A stretch of DNA of 61,320 bases, filler included. It is 3 parts of 3 records of this genome, joined end to end, with 100 filler letters (N's around TTAATTAATTAA, not from the genome) between each part and the next. Parts side by side here need not be neighbours in the genome. Positions count along the whole stretch, not along the records: positions 39,778 to 61,320 come from SRR20825019_731; 2 more parts are not named here. One strand, written 5' to 3'. Below, piece after piece: positions 47,853 through 57,073 of this stretch. Positions within the stretch are counted from its first letter, which is position 1, and every line of letters begins with the position of its first letter. Position numbers and translations under genes: made by a program. The notes below the pieces were generated by a model, which was not told the origin of the DNA, searched no databases, and saw only the letters and a program-made list of their open reading frames with translations.

Positions 47853-48872
47853 ATGAATTCCATCACGGCCAGAACAGCGCCTGAGGCGTTGGCCATCGAG
47901 GACGGTGTTCCGCTCAAGGTCAGCCCGCTCACGCCGGATACCGGCCTGGAGCAGGTTGCTGGAGCAATTCGGGAGCTGGTCGAGCACCGACTGGAAAAAG
48001 ACGGTGCCATCCTGTTTCGCGGCTTTTCAGCGCCCGGCGTTGAGGGCTTCCAGTCGTTTGCCGGTTCTTTTGGTCATCCGCTGCTCAGTTACGAGTTTGG
48101 TTCAACGCCCCGCAGCCAGGTGACCGGAAAAGGTGTTTATACCTCAACGGAGTATCCGGCTCACAGAAGCATTCCACTGCATAACGAGCAGGCCTATACA
48201 ACCGAGTGGCCAATGCGGATCTGGTTCTATTGTGCTCGGGCGGCCGAGCAGGGCGGGGAGACCCCCATCGCGGACAGCCGAGAGGTCTATCGCCGGATCG
48301 ATCCGGCCCTGCGCCGGCGTTTCAGTGAGCGGGGGCTGACTTACGTCCGCAACTATGGCAACGGCCTTGATGTGGATTGGCAACAGGTGTTCAACACCGA
48401 CAGTGCCGAAGCGGTTGAGGTTTTCTGCCGACGGCAGGGTATTGACGTAACCTGGAAAGACGATGGTTGTCTGCGCACGGCTCAGCGCTGTCAGGCAGTT
48501 GCCCGTCATCCCCGTACCGGCGACAAGGTGTGGTTCAATCAGGCGCACCTGTTCCACTTGTCGGCGCTGGATGAGGAAATGCAGGCGATCCTGCTGGAAA
48601 CCGTGGGCGAGGACAATCTGCCCAGAAACGTTTACTACGGCGATGGCGGCGCCATTGAGTCCTCCGCTCTGGAGGAAGTCCGGGGTGTTCTGGATGAATG
48701 TCGCGTGGTCTTCCCGTGGCGCAGTGGCGACATCCTGATGCTGGACAATATGTTGATGGCCCATGCGCGGGAACCCTTCGCCGGCCCCAGGAAAGTCGTC
48801 GTTGCAATGGCCGAGGGGCATGGGCTTTCCAGCAATCCACAGAACCCGGCGCTTCGGGAGGAGGTAACGTGA
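47853..48872 (+). CDS. TauD/TfdA Fe(II)/2OG dioxygenase, SyrP-like Asp beta-hydroxylase
   Basis: GAILFRGF, VYTSTEYP, IPLHNE, WFNQAHLFH and DNMLMAHAR.PF.GPRKVVVAM. Confidence 0.88.
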   Translation: MNSITARTAPEALAIEDGVPLKVSPLTPDTGLEQVAGAIRELVEHRLEKDGAILFRGFSAPGVEGFQSFAGSFGHPLLSYEFGSTPRSQVTGKGVYTSTEYPAHRSIPLHNEQAYTTEWPMRIWFYCARAAEQGGETPIADSREVYRRIDPALRRRFSERGLTYVRNYGNGLDVDWQQVFNTDSAEAVEVFCRRQGIDVTWKDDGCLRTAQRCQAVARHPRTGDKVWFNQAHLFHLSALDEEMQAILLETVGEDNLPRNVYYGDGGAIESSALEEVRGVLDECRVVFPWRSGDILMLDNMLMAHAREPFAGPRKVVVAMAEGHGLSSNPQNPALREEVT

Positions 48873-49495
48873 GTACAGCAGATACTTTGGAAAACCCGGG
48901 TGTTCCGATACGGCCGCAAAAACCCGTTGGTGAGGTGTACCGCCGCCATGATACCCAGTTGTGCAGTTGGATTTCTTTTCGTACGTTGGATATCCGGGAA
49001 GATCTGGCGCGCTTCAATCGTTGGCAGAACTCCCCCAGGGTCGAGTATTTCTGGGAGGAGAGCGGGTCGCTGGAAGAGCATCGCAGGCATCTGGAGGTAC
49101 TCGCGAAGGACCCCCATTGCCTGCAACTGATCGGCTGTTTTGATGACGAACCGTTTGGTTTTTTCGATGTCTATTGGGCCCAGGAAGATCGTATCGGGCC
49201 CCATTGTGAGGCCGGATTGCATGATCGTGGCATCCACATGCTGGTCGGGGAGGATCACCATCGTGGCCCTCACAAAGTGGCGTGCTGGCTGCCGTCCCTG
49301 GTGCACTACCTGTTTCTGGATGAACCCCGGACACAGCGTATCGTCTCCGAACCTCGGTCCGACAACGACCGCATGATTCACCACCTTCAGAATACCGGCT
49401 TTGATCGGGTCCGGGATTTTGATTTCCCCCACAAACGAGCCGCGCTCATGTCACTTTCGCGGGAGCGCTTCTTTGAACGGTCTTCGATGTGTTAG
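48869..49495 (+). CDS. Siderophore N-acyltransferase (IucB/AlcB-type GNAT)
   Basis: RWQNSPRVEYFW, FDVYWAQED, DRGIHMLVGE, RIVSEPRSDN and FDFPHKRAAL; GTG start overlaps the upstream stop. Confidence 0.88.
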   Translation: MSTADTLENPGVPIRPQKPVGEVYRRHDTQLCSWISFRTLDIREDLARFNRWQNSPRVEYFWEESGSLEEHRRHLEVLAKDPHCLQLIGCFDDEPFGFFDVYWAQEDRIGPHCEAGLHDRGIHMLVGEDHHRGPHKVACWLPSLVHYLFLDEPRTQRIVSEPRSDNDRMIHHLQNTGFDRVRDFDFPHKRAALMSLSRERFFERSSMC

Positions 49496-49532
49496 GTTCC
49501 TTCCTCTCAAACAGCTTTACGCAGCCTGATTC

Positions 49533-50303
49533 ATGACTATTCGTGCGCTTGCCCCCCTGTTCGTCGGGGATTTCGAACATTACCGGGACATACTGGTTCT
49601 GCCGGATGATCCGCGGCCAGCAATTCCTGTCCGGGAACTGATAACCACCGATGGCCTGGCGTGGCTGTTGGAACATTATCGCCGCTTTCAGCCAGGTGAT
49701 GACCGGCGGGCATTGGTTTCCCAGTGGTCCCGCACATACTTCGTGAAGCTGATCGTGCCGACTGTGGCGGCGAACATGGTGCTGGGGCATGAGCTGCCAG
49801 TGGCACTCGACAAGCTTGAGGTGATTCTGGGGGATGACGGCTTGCCGGAAGCCTTCCGGCTACCCCATGAGGGACAGCCCTTTGCGAGCAAGCCCGAAGG
49901 GCCTTTCGAACGCTTTAAGGAGCTGCTGGACGGCAACTTCGAACCACTTATCGAGGGCTGGAACCAGCAGGTAAAGCTGTCCAGGAAGGTGTTGTGGAAC
50001 AATGCCGCCAATTATGTTGAGTGGTTGGTTCATGCCATGGCTGGCCTTGGATTGCCGGCGGAGATGCTTGCTGACGGCAAACAGCTGATTGAATCAGAGC
50101 GCCGCCCGGATGGTGGCAAAAACCCGATGTTCGGCCCGGTACGCTATGTGGAACGCTCATCCGGGCCTTCGCCCCTGCGTCAGCGGCGTCAGTGTTGTAT
50201 CCGTTACCGGCTGCCGGAGCTGACGCTGTGTGAGAATTGTCCCCATATTGATAAACCGCCTAAAGGGGCCCAGCTTCCGGAAAGCCTGGTCGAGCAGGCC
50301 TGA
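49533..50303 (+). CDS. fhuF: Ferric-siderophore reductase
   Basis: RRALVSQWS, VLWNNA and C-terminal RRQCCIRY...CENCP 2Fe-2S motif. Confidence 0.9.
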   Translation: MTIRALAPLFVGDFEHYRDILVLPDDPRPAIPVRELITTDGLAWLLEHYRRFQPGDDRRALVSQWSRTYFVKLIVPTVAANMVLGHELPVALDKLEVILGDDGLPEAFRLPHEGQPFASKPEGPFERFKELLDGNFEPLIEGWNQQVKLSRKVLWNNAANYVEWLVHAMAGLGLPAEMLADGKQLIESERRPDGGKNPMFGPVRYVERSSGPSPLRQRRQCCIRYRLPELTLCENCPHIDKPPKGAQLPESLVEQA

Positions 50304-50352
50304 GCAGAACAACCAATCGGTTTAAAAGCGTCAGGGTACCAAACGGCGGGGT

Positions 50353-51120
50353 TCAGGCGATGGCAATGTGTGCCCCATCGTTATGAGGGTGAGGCATGAC
50401 AGACATGGAAATACCGTAGATGGATTCCAGTGTGCTGGTGTTCATCAGCTCTTTGGGCGCACCCTGCGTCAGTAACTTTCCGCTGTGGAGTGCGACCAGG
50501 TGGTCACAGTAGGTGGCGGCCATATTGATGTCGTGCAGAACCACAACGACACCCATGTCCAGCTCCCTGCCCAGGTTGCGAACCAGCGACAGGACTTCCA
50601 CCTGGTGGGCAATATCAAGTGCGGAAGTGGGTTCGTCCAGCAGCAGATACCGGGCGTTCTGGGCGATCAGCATGGCCAGCCAGACCCGCTGGCGCTCGCC
50701 CCCAGACAGTTCATCGACGTTGCGGTGGGCAAACTGTTCCGTATCCGTCAGTGCCATGGCTCGGTTCACCTGGGCCCGGTCTTCGGCGGAAAAGCGTCCG
50801 AGTGCGCCATGCCAGGGGTAGCGGCCGAAACGTATCAGATCGATAACACGCAGGCCTTCTGTCGGTGGCAGCTGTTGCGGCAGGTAAGCGATCTGCCTCG
50901 CCAGGGGTTTGTCGCCCCACGATTCCAACGGTTTACCCTCAAGGGAAACCTGGCCTGATGTCGGCGTCAGTTGGCGGGCGAGCAGTTTTACCAGCGTGGA
51001 TTTTCCAGAGCCGTTGTGCCCGATCAGCCCAACCACCTGACCATGCTTAATGGTCAGGTCGATCGGATGGAGCAGGGTCTTTCCATTGATCTGCCAACTG
51101 ACGGCGTCCAGTTTAAACAT
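50353..51120 (-). CDS. fhuC: Fe3+-hydroxamate ABC transporter ATPase
   Basis: GHNGSGKST, AYLPQQLP, GRYPWHG, LSGGERQRVW and LLLDEPTSALD. Confidence 0.93.
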   Translation of the reverse strand: MFKLDAVSWQINGKTLLHPIDLTIKHGQVVGLIGHNGSGKSTLVKLLARQLTPTSGQVSLEGKPLESWGDKPLARQIAYLPQQLPPTEGLRVIDLIRFGRYPWHGALGRFSAEDRAQVNRAMALTDTEQFAHRNVDELSGGERQRVWLAMLIAQNARYLLLDEPTSALDIAHQVEVLSLVRNLGRELDMGVVVVLHDINMAATYCDHLVALHSGKLLTQGAPKELMNTSTLESIYGISMSVMPHPHNDGAHIAIA

Positions 51121-51161
51121 AGTGCCTCTGGCGGGAGATTGAGAGAAACCGTGATCCTATC

Positions 51162-51180
51162 TCAAATGGTAATGGTTATC
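51162..51180 (-). promoter_or_regulatory. Fur box upstream of fhuC, overlapping the entD stop
   Basis: Minus strand GATAACCATTACCATTTGA, ~40 nt upstream of the fhuC ATG. Confidence 0.65.
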
Positions 51181-51907
51181 AATTGTGATGGTTGGCGGGA
51201 ACCACGATCAGACTGATCAGGCGGTCGTGCTCCTGCACGAACCGGGCTTCCAGTTCCGTATTCGTAGGCCACTGTTCGGAAAGGTGGGTGAGCAGGCGCA
51301 ATCGCGCTGTGCCGTCCGGGTCCCATGACAGCACTTCCGCGTGCTCGAAGTAGAAACGCTTCTGAACCAATGGATACAGCGCCTTGAAGAGCGTTTCCTT
51401 GAGGCAGAACACCAGGGTGATGAAATGCCCTGCATGATTGGCCAGTTCCGAACGGAACCGGGTCTGCTCTGAAGGGGTCAGGATTTGCCGGCAAAGCGGT
51501 AGGGCGCGTTCATCGGGCATGATGACTTCCGCGTCCAGGCCAACTCCGGCGTAGTCCTGTTGCTGGCCGATAACCGCCGCAGCCCAACCCCGGGTGTGGG
51601 TGATCGAGCCCACGCAGCCAGTTGGCCATACCGGCGCCCGGTCATCGCCGAGGGCTGGCACCACCGGTTGCCCCGTGGCGCGCAGTAAGCCTTCGCGGGC
51701 GCAGAAACGGCCAGCCAGGTATTCCGCCTGGCGTTTGGCAACAGCCCTTTCCACCGACGGTGGTGGGACGATGTCACTGATCGTGAAGTCGTCCGGTTTG
51801 AGGTTATCGGGGTCAAAGTCCAGGCTGATCAGCTCAAGCCCCGGCAACGATTGCGGCCAGGGCCACCGGTCATCCGGGGTACTGCAGCATGCGGGCACGA
51901 GGCTCAC
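51179..51907 (-). CDS. entD: EntD-type 4'-phosphopantetheinyl transferase
   Basis: KRQAEYLAGR.CA, P.WP.G..GSITH, GLDAE and FCLKETLFKALYP. Confidence 0.88.
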   Translation of the reverse strand: MSLVPACCSTPDDRWPWPQSLPGLELISLDFDPDNLKPDDFTISDIVPPPSVERAVAKRQAEYLAGRFCAREGLLRATGQPVVPALGDDRAPVWPTGCVGSITHTRGWAAAVIGQQQDYAGVGLDAEVIMPDERALPLCRQILTPSEQTRFRSELANHAGHFITLVFCLKETLFKALYPLVQKRFYFEHAEVLSWDPDGTARLRLLTHLSEQWPTNTELEARFVQEHDRLISLIVVPANHHN

Positions 51908-51928
51908 CGTCAGAACGCTCCAGCGCGG

Positions 51929-53020
51929 TCAGACATTGAACCGAAAGTGGACAACGTCGCCGTCCTGGACGATGTATTCCTTGCCCTCAAGGCGCCACTT
52001 GCCGGCTTCCTTGGCTCCGGCCTCACCGTTGTACTTGACGAAGTCATCGTAGCTCACCACTTCGGCGCGGATGAAGCCGCGTTCGAAGTCGGTATGGATC
52101 ACGCCTGCCGCCTGTGGTGCGGTAGCGCCCACTTTTACCGTCCAGGCGCGGACTTCCTTCACCCCTGCGGTAAAGTAGGTCTGAAGGTTCAGCAGGCCGT
52201 AGCCGCCGCGAATGACCCGGTCCAGGCCAGGCTCGTCCATGCCCATTTCTTCCAGGAACATGGATTTTTCGTCGTCTTCCAGTTCGGAGATTTCGGCTTC
52301 TATCTTGTTGCAGATAGGCACCACAACTGCGTTCTCGGATTCCGCAATCTTTCTCACGGTGTCCAGGTGAGGGTTATTCTCGAACCCGTCTTCGCTGACG
52401 TTGGCGATGTACATGGTTGGCTTTACGGTGAGCAGGCAGAGTTCGCGGATCAGTGCCATCTTCTCTTTGTCGAGATTCATGCTGCGAACCGGTTTGCCTT
52501 CGTTCAGCACGGGAAGCAGGGTGTCGAAGACTTCAAGCTGAGCTTTGGCCTCTTTGTCGCCGCTTTTTGCGACTCGCTGAACCCGTTTGATGGCCTTCTC
52601 GACGGTTTCCAGATCGGCCAGGGCCAGTTCTGTGTTGATGATTTCGATATCCGACGCCGGGTCAATCTTGTTGGCGACGTGAATGACGTTGTCGTCCTCG
52701 AAGCAACGCACCACATGGGCAATGGCGTCGGTCTGGCGGATGTTGGCCAGGAACTGGTTGCCCAAGCCTTCGCCTTTCGAGGCACCTTCTACCAAACCGG
52801 CGATATCCACGAATTCCATTGTGGTTGCCACCACCTTTTCCGGCTTTACGATGTCAGCGAGCTTGTTGAGGCGAGGGTCGGGCATGGCCACGACGCCGGC
52901 GTTAGGCTCAATGGTGCAGAAGGGGAAGTTTTCCGCGCCAATACCGGATTTGGTCAGTGCGTTGAACAGGGTAGATTTGCCGACGTTGGGAAGGCCGACG
53001 ATGCCGCAGTTAAATCCCAT
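51929..53020 (-). CDS. ychF: Ribosome-binding ATPase YchF
   Basis: [34 protein letters not shown] and HFRFNV. Confidence 0.98.
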   Translation of the reverse strand: MGFNCGIVGLPNVGKSTLFNALTKSGIGAENFPFCTIEPNAGVVAMPDPRLNKLADIVKPEKVVATTMEFVDIAGLVEGASKGEGLGNQFLANIRQTDAIAHVVRCFEDDNVIHVANKIDPASDIEIINTELALADLETVEKAIKRVQRVAKSGDKEAKAQLEVFDTLLPVLNEGKPVRSMNLDKEKMALIRELCLLTVKPTMYIANVSEDGFENNPHLDTVRKIAESENAVVVPICNKIEAEISELEDDEKSMFLEEMGMDEPGLDRVIRGGYGLLNLQTYFTAGVKEVRAWTVKVGATAPQAAGVIHTDFERGFIRAEVVSYDDFVKYNGEAGAKEAGKWRLEGKEYIVQDGDVVHFRFNV

Positions 53021-53056
53021 GGAATGCCTCTGCTGGTGCTGGAAAATTTGGGCGGA

Positions 53057-53644
53057 TTATACCGGTTTGAAGCTGTGCAAGCGATTCATCGCAGCGGGAA
53101 GTTTGCCGCTGGCAGCGTCCGGCAGTACGCGAATGATTTCGTCGATCAGGGCGTTGAGTTCTTCGGTTTCCCGTTTGCCCAGGCGGCCGAGAACATAGCC
53201 TGTGACCTGGCGGCTGTCGCCGGGGTGGCCGATGCCGATGCGCAGGCGCTGGAAGTCGTTGGTGCCGAGGTGAGCAATGGTGTCCCGCAGGCCGTTGTGT
53301 CCGCCATGGCCGCCGCCTTTTTTTAGCTTGGCGGTACCCGGGGGCAGATCGAGCTCGTCGTGGGCAACCAGAATCTGTTGGGGCTGAATCTTGAAGAAGT
53401 CCGCCAATGCCTTGATGGAGAGGCCACTGCGGTTCATATACGTGGAAGGGTTCAGCAGGTGCAGGTCGAGACCCTGAAGCTGAATTCGGGCGTAGAGCCC
53501 GTGGTATTTCTTTTCGGGGCGGAGCGACTGGCCCGTTTCACGGGCCAGTGCTTCCACGAACAGGGCACCGGCGTTGTGGCGGGTATTCGCATAGTCGGGG
53601 CCGGGGTTACCCAGTCCCACCACCATGAGGATATCCTGTGCCAT
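53057..53644 (-). CDS. pth: Peptidyl-tRNA hydrolase
   Basis: VGLGNPG, TRHNAG, HDELD, GGHNGL and RLRIGIGHP. Confidence 0.98.
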   Translation of the reverse strand: MAQDILMVVGLGNPGPDYANTRHNAGALFVEALARETGQSLRPEKKYHGLYARIQLQGLDLHLLNPSTYMNRSGLSIKALADFFKIQPQQILVAHDELDLPPGTAKLKKGGGHGGHNGLRDTIAHLGTNDFQRLRIGIGHPGDSRQVTGYVLGRLGKRETEELNALIDEIIRVLPDAASGKLPAAMNRLHSFKPV

Positions 53645-53674
53645 CTGCCGTTGCCCTCATTCGTACAGGAGCGA

Positions 53675-54328
53675 TTACTCCTTGTCTTCGCCTTCTTCAC
53701 CCGCTTCGCCGTCTTCGCCTTCGTCAGTATCTTCTGTCTTGGCAGCGCGCGGCTTGTGGATTGCAACGACTGGCAGGTCGTGGTCTTCACCCTGCAGCAG
53801 AGCCGCAATACGAACGCCTTTCGGCAGTTTGAGGTCGCTCAGGTGAACAACCTGGTCCATCTCCACGGCAGTCATGTCGACTTCGAGGAACTCAGGCAGG
53901 TTCTGCGGCAGACAGATCACTTCTACTTCGTTGATCTGGTGGTTGGCAACGCCGCCCTGGAGCTTGATGGCCGGTGCAGTTTCTTCGTTCAGGAAGTGCA
54001 GCGGTACGTTAACGTGGATTTCGTGATCCTTGTCAACGCGCAGGAAGTCAGCGTGGGTCAGCAGCGGCTTGTACGGGTGACGCTGCAGATCCTTCAGGAT
54101 CACGCTTTCTTTCTTGCCTTCCAGTTCGATGGTCAGAATGTGTGAGAAGAAGGCTTCGTTTTCCAGAGCTTTTTTCAGCTCGTTGTGCCAGATGGAAATC
54201 GAAACGGCTTCTTTCTTCCCGCCATAAATGATGGCCGGAATTTTACGCTCCTCACGACGCAGGCGGCGGCTCGCACCTCTCCCCTGATCGCCACGAGGAA
54301 ATGCTTCGATAAGAAATTCCTGAGACAT
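53675..54328 (-). CDS. rplY: 50S ribosomal protein L25 / Ctc (long form)
   Basis: GASRRLRR, IPAIIYGG, QRHPYK, HADFLRV and VPLHF; ATG at 54328 after GAGG. Confidence 0.96.
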   Translation of the reverse strand: MSQEFLIEAFPRGDQGRGASRRLRREERKIPAIIYGGKKEAVSISIWHNELKKALENEAFFSHILTIELEGKKESVILKDLQRHPYKPLLTHADFLRVDKDHEIHVNVPLHFLNEETAPAIKLQGGVANHQINEVEVICLPQNLPEFLEVDMTAVEMDQVVHLSDLKLPKGVRIAALLQGEDHDLPVVAIHKPRAAKTEDTDEGEDGEAGEEGEDKE

Positions 54329-54345
54329 GGTTATAACCTCAATTT

Positions 54346-54383
54346 TCACCAGAGCGGCCCGCGACCAGGTCCTGAACCGGTGA
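54346..54383 (-). promoter_or_regulatory. Probable L25 autoregulatory leader hairpin
   Basis: Minus strand UCACCGG...UGGUCGC...CUGGUGA hairpin just 5' of the rplY RBS; resembles gammaproteobacterial rplY leaders (from memory). Confidence 0.5.
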
Positions 54384-54414
54384 TATTTTCGATATGCCGG
54401 CTGTTTTCCGGCGG

Positions 54415-54451
54415 ACTAAACAGACCGGGAGCCCACTGGGCTCCCGGTCTG
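54415..54451 (-). terminator. Intrinsic terminator after prs
   Basis: Perfect 14-bp stem CAGACCGGGAGCCC/GGGCTCCCGGTCTG followed by a short U tract on the minus strand. Confidence 0.7.
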
Positions 54452-54483
54452 GATTCTTTTCACTAAATCAGGTGGTTAGCTGA

Positions 54484-55434
54484 TCAGGCGTTCTCAAACA
54501 TCGCGCTGATGGACTCTTCGTTGCTGACGCGACGAATGGATTCCGCAAGCAGCCCAGCCATAGTGAGGATGCGGATCTTATCACAATTACGCGCTTTGTC
54601 ACCCAGTGGGATGGTGTCGCAGACAACCAGTTCGTCCAATTCGGAGGCGTTGAGGTTGTCAACAGCCGGGCCTGAAAGGACGGGGTGGGTGATGTAGGCG
54701 ACCACGCTGGCGGCACCATGCTCCTTAAGAGCGTTGGCGGCTTTGCAAAGCGTGCCGGCGGTGTCGATGATGTCGTCCACCAGGATACAGGTCTTGTCCT
54801 TTACATCACCGATGATGTGCATGACCTGCGACACGTTGGCCTTGGGACGGCGCTTGTCGATGATGGCGAGGTCGGCATCGTCCAGTCGCTTGGCAACGGC
54901 GCGGGCACGAACAACGCCGCCAACGTCAGGAGATACCACTACGAAGTTCTCAAAGCGCTGCTTCTCGATATCCTCAAGCATGACCGGGGTGGCGTAGATA
55001 TTGTCCACCGGAATGTCGAAGAAGCCCTGGATCTGGTCGGCGTGGAGGTCAACGGTCAGGACCCGGTCAACGCCGATGCTGGAAATCATATCTGCAACCA
55101 CTTTGGCACTAATGGCAACACGGGTGGAGCGAACACGGCGATCCTGGCGGGCATAGCCATAGTAGGGGATAACCGCGGTAACCCGGGTGGCAGATGCACG
55201 GCGCAGTGCGTCGGCCATCACGATCAGTTCCATCAGGTTATCGTTGGTGGGGTTGCAGGTGGGCTGAATGATGAAGACATCATGCCCGCGAACATTTTCG
55301 TTGATTTCAACGGTGGTTTCACCATCGCTGAAGGTTCCAACGGTGGCCTGGCCCATGGGAATGTGAAGTTTCTGGGCGATGGCCTTGGCAAGCTCCGGGT
55401 TGGCGTTGCCAGTAAAAATCATCAGTTTGGACAC
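54484..55434 (-). CDS. prs: Ribose-phosphate pyrophosphokinase
   Basis: [25 protein letters not shown] and [10 protein letters not shown]; real start GTG at 55434 (the ORF track over-extends through the tRNA). Confidence 0.97.
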   Translation of the reverse strand: MSKLMIFTGNANPELAKAIAQKLHIPMGQATVGTFSDGETTVEINENVRGHDVFIIQPTCNPTNDNLMELIVMADALRRASATRVTAVIPYYGYARQDRRVRSTRVAISAKVVADMISSIGVDRVLTVDLHADQIQGFFDIPVDNIYATPVMLEDIEKQRFENFVVVSPDVGGVVRARAVAKRLDDADLAIIDKRRPKANVSQVMHIIGDVKDKTCILVDDIIDTAGTLCKAANALKEHGAASVVAYITHPVLSGPAVDNLNASELDELVVCDTIPLGDKARNCDKIRILTMAGLLAESIRRVSNEESISAMFENA

Positions 55435-55486
55435 GACGGCATCCTTCTCGGTATCGGCGTTTGATTCAGAAGAAGCGGGAGAAAGG

Positions 55487-55561
55487 TGGCTGGGGTGGCA
55501 GGATTCGAACCTGCGCATGACGGGATCAAAACCCGTTGCCTTACCACTTGGCGACACCCCA
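55487..55561 (-). tRNA. tRNA-Gln (TTG)
   Basis: TGGGGTGTCGCCAAGTGGTAAGGCAACGGGTTTTGATCCCGTCATGCGCAGGTTCGAATCCTGCCACCCCAGCCA; conserved ispE-tRNA-Gln-prs position. Confidence 0.97.
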
Positions 55562-55580
55562 GTATCGTGCTTTTTTGGCA

Positions 55581-56438
55581 TCATTTCAGCTCTGTCAGCT
55601 TTTTGTGAAGTGGTGAAATGTTCACCCCTTGAGCTACGAACCCCGTGATGCCGGAGGGTTTGCTTTCCCAGATAATCCGGGCTGCGGATTCTGTCGGGAA
55701 ACGTCCAAATATGCAAGCCCCGGTTCCGGTTAATCTTGCAGGTCCGAATTGTGCAAGCCACTCCAGGCTTTGATGAACCTCAGGATACAGTCTTCGAACT
55801 ACATCCTCACAGTCGTTTCGGTACCTCGAGGCGTCTCCCTCAAAAGCGGGCGCTATTTTGATTCCGGGGGTATCCCTTGTCAACCCTTGCTCGGAAAAAA
55901 TCTCTTTGGTGCTTATATCGCAAGGTGGTTTTATAACCAGAAACCAGTCTTCTGGTGGGTTGGCGTCGGTGAGTCGTTCGCCCACGCCTTCGCCCCAGGC
56001 TGCATGTCCGCGAACGAATACGGGCACATCGGCACCCAGGGACAGGCCCAGCTCTGCCAACTCGTCCAGGGAGCGGTTCAGGCCCCACAGGCGGTTCAGC
56101 CCCACCAGTGTGGTGGCGGCATTGGAGCTGCCACCACCCAGGCCACCGCCCATGGGCAACTGCTTGTCGACTGCAATACTGACACCGGGAGTCGTATGAC
56201 CTGCGGTTGCCGCCAGTTGTCGCGCAGCACGGACAATCAGGTTTTCCTCGTCGGGCACCCCGGGCAGGGGTTGCTCAAGGACGATTCTGCCATCGGTGCG
56301 TGCGGTCAGGGTCAGGGTGTCGCCATAATTCAGAAACTGAAACAGGGTTTGCAGTTCATGGTAGCCATCCGGTCGGCGCCCGAGAATATGCAGGAAGAGG
56401 TTCAGTTTTGCCGGGGAGGGCAGAACCAGGCTGTTCAC
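55581..56438 (-). CDS. ispE: 4-diphosphocytidyl-2-C-methyl-D-erythritol kinase
   Basis: [41 protein letters not shown] and LTGTGAC. Confidence 0.97.
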   Translation of the reverse strand: MNSLVLPSPAKLNLFLHILGRRPDGYHELQTLFQFLNYGDTLTLTARTDGRIVLEQPLPGVPDEENLIVRAARQLAATAGHTTPGVSIAVDKQLPMGGGLGGGSSNAATTLVGLNRLWGLNRSLDELAELGLSLGADVPVFVRGHAAWGEGVGERLTDANPPEDWFLVIKPPCDISTKEIFSEQGLTRDTPGIKIAPAFEGDASRYRNDCEDVVRRLYPEVHQSLEWLAQFGPARLTGTGACIFGRFPTESAARIIWESKPSGITGFVAQGVNISPLHKKLTELK

Positions 56439-57073
56439 CGGCTGTCTCCATCGGTCTGGTTCCAGCTGGTAACCACCACCCTCACGCGCTTCTCGCCCTT
56501 GACCGCCGTGATACGGGCGGGCAGATGAGGGTAGCCCTCTATGAATGCTTGCCAGCGGTCGTAGCGGATCTCCCAGCCCAGTTGGCGTATGACGGCCAGT
56601 TGACCCTTGTCGTCGAAGAACAGCCGGAAGTCCCCGTCAGGGCCGGGCAGGCCCCGTATCCACCAGGCCAGGCTGTCAATGGGGAGCAGCCAGCCGGTGG
56701 CGGCGTTGACCAGGGACTCCGGGTCGCCGGACTGGTAGCGCTCGCCGTTGGGAAGAGTGAGTTCGATGAACCCGGGAACGCCTTCAAGGGTAGTGCGGCC
56801 CATACCGAGGAACGATGATGACAGCGCCAGTTCGTACGTTTCCCGGTCCTGTTTCCAGTAGTTGATGACGGCGGTGCCGCTGTCCGAGGGCTGGCGAACG
56901 GCGAGTTTGCCGGTCAGTTCCCAGTGCTGAAGCTGGTCAAGTCGGGCACTGGTCTTGCGCCAGTCGGCCGGTGGCTGTTCAGTCAGGCCTTGGGGAAGTG
57001 GTTCAACTGTCAGTGAGCTACAGCCGCTCAGAACCAGGGCGGCGAACGTCAGCGCGATAACCGATAATTTCAC
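56435..57073 (-). CDS. lolB: Outer-membrane lipoprotein insertase LolB
   Basis: Lipobox LSGC, W...GKLA, LP...[12 protein letters not shown]; synteny with ispE/hemA. Confidence 0.9.
   Translation of the reverse strand: MKLSVIALTFAALVLSGCSSLTVEPLPQGLTEQPPADWRKTSARLDQLQHWELTGKLAVRQPSDSGTAVINYWKQDRETYELALSSSFLGMGRTTLEGVPGFIELTLPNGERYQSGDPESLVNAATGWLLPIDSLAWWIRGLPGPDGDFRLFFDDKGQLAVIRQLGWEIRYDRWQAFIEGYPHLPARITAVKGEKRVRVVVTSWNQTDGDSR

Noticed and set aside
51851-55464. Long plus-strand ORFs (491, 261 and 259 aa) opposite ychF/pth/rplY/prs, and 60342-61133 opposite prfA
   Set aside because: Antisense shadows of codon-biased genes
55435-55761. N-terminal extension of Prs in the ORF track
   Set aside because: It reads through tRNA-Gln and the end of ispE; the true start is GTG at 55434
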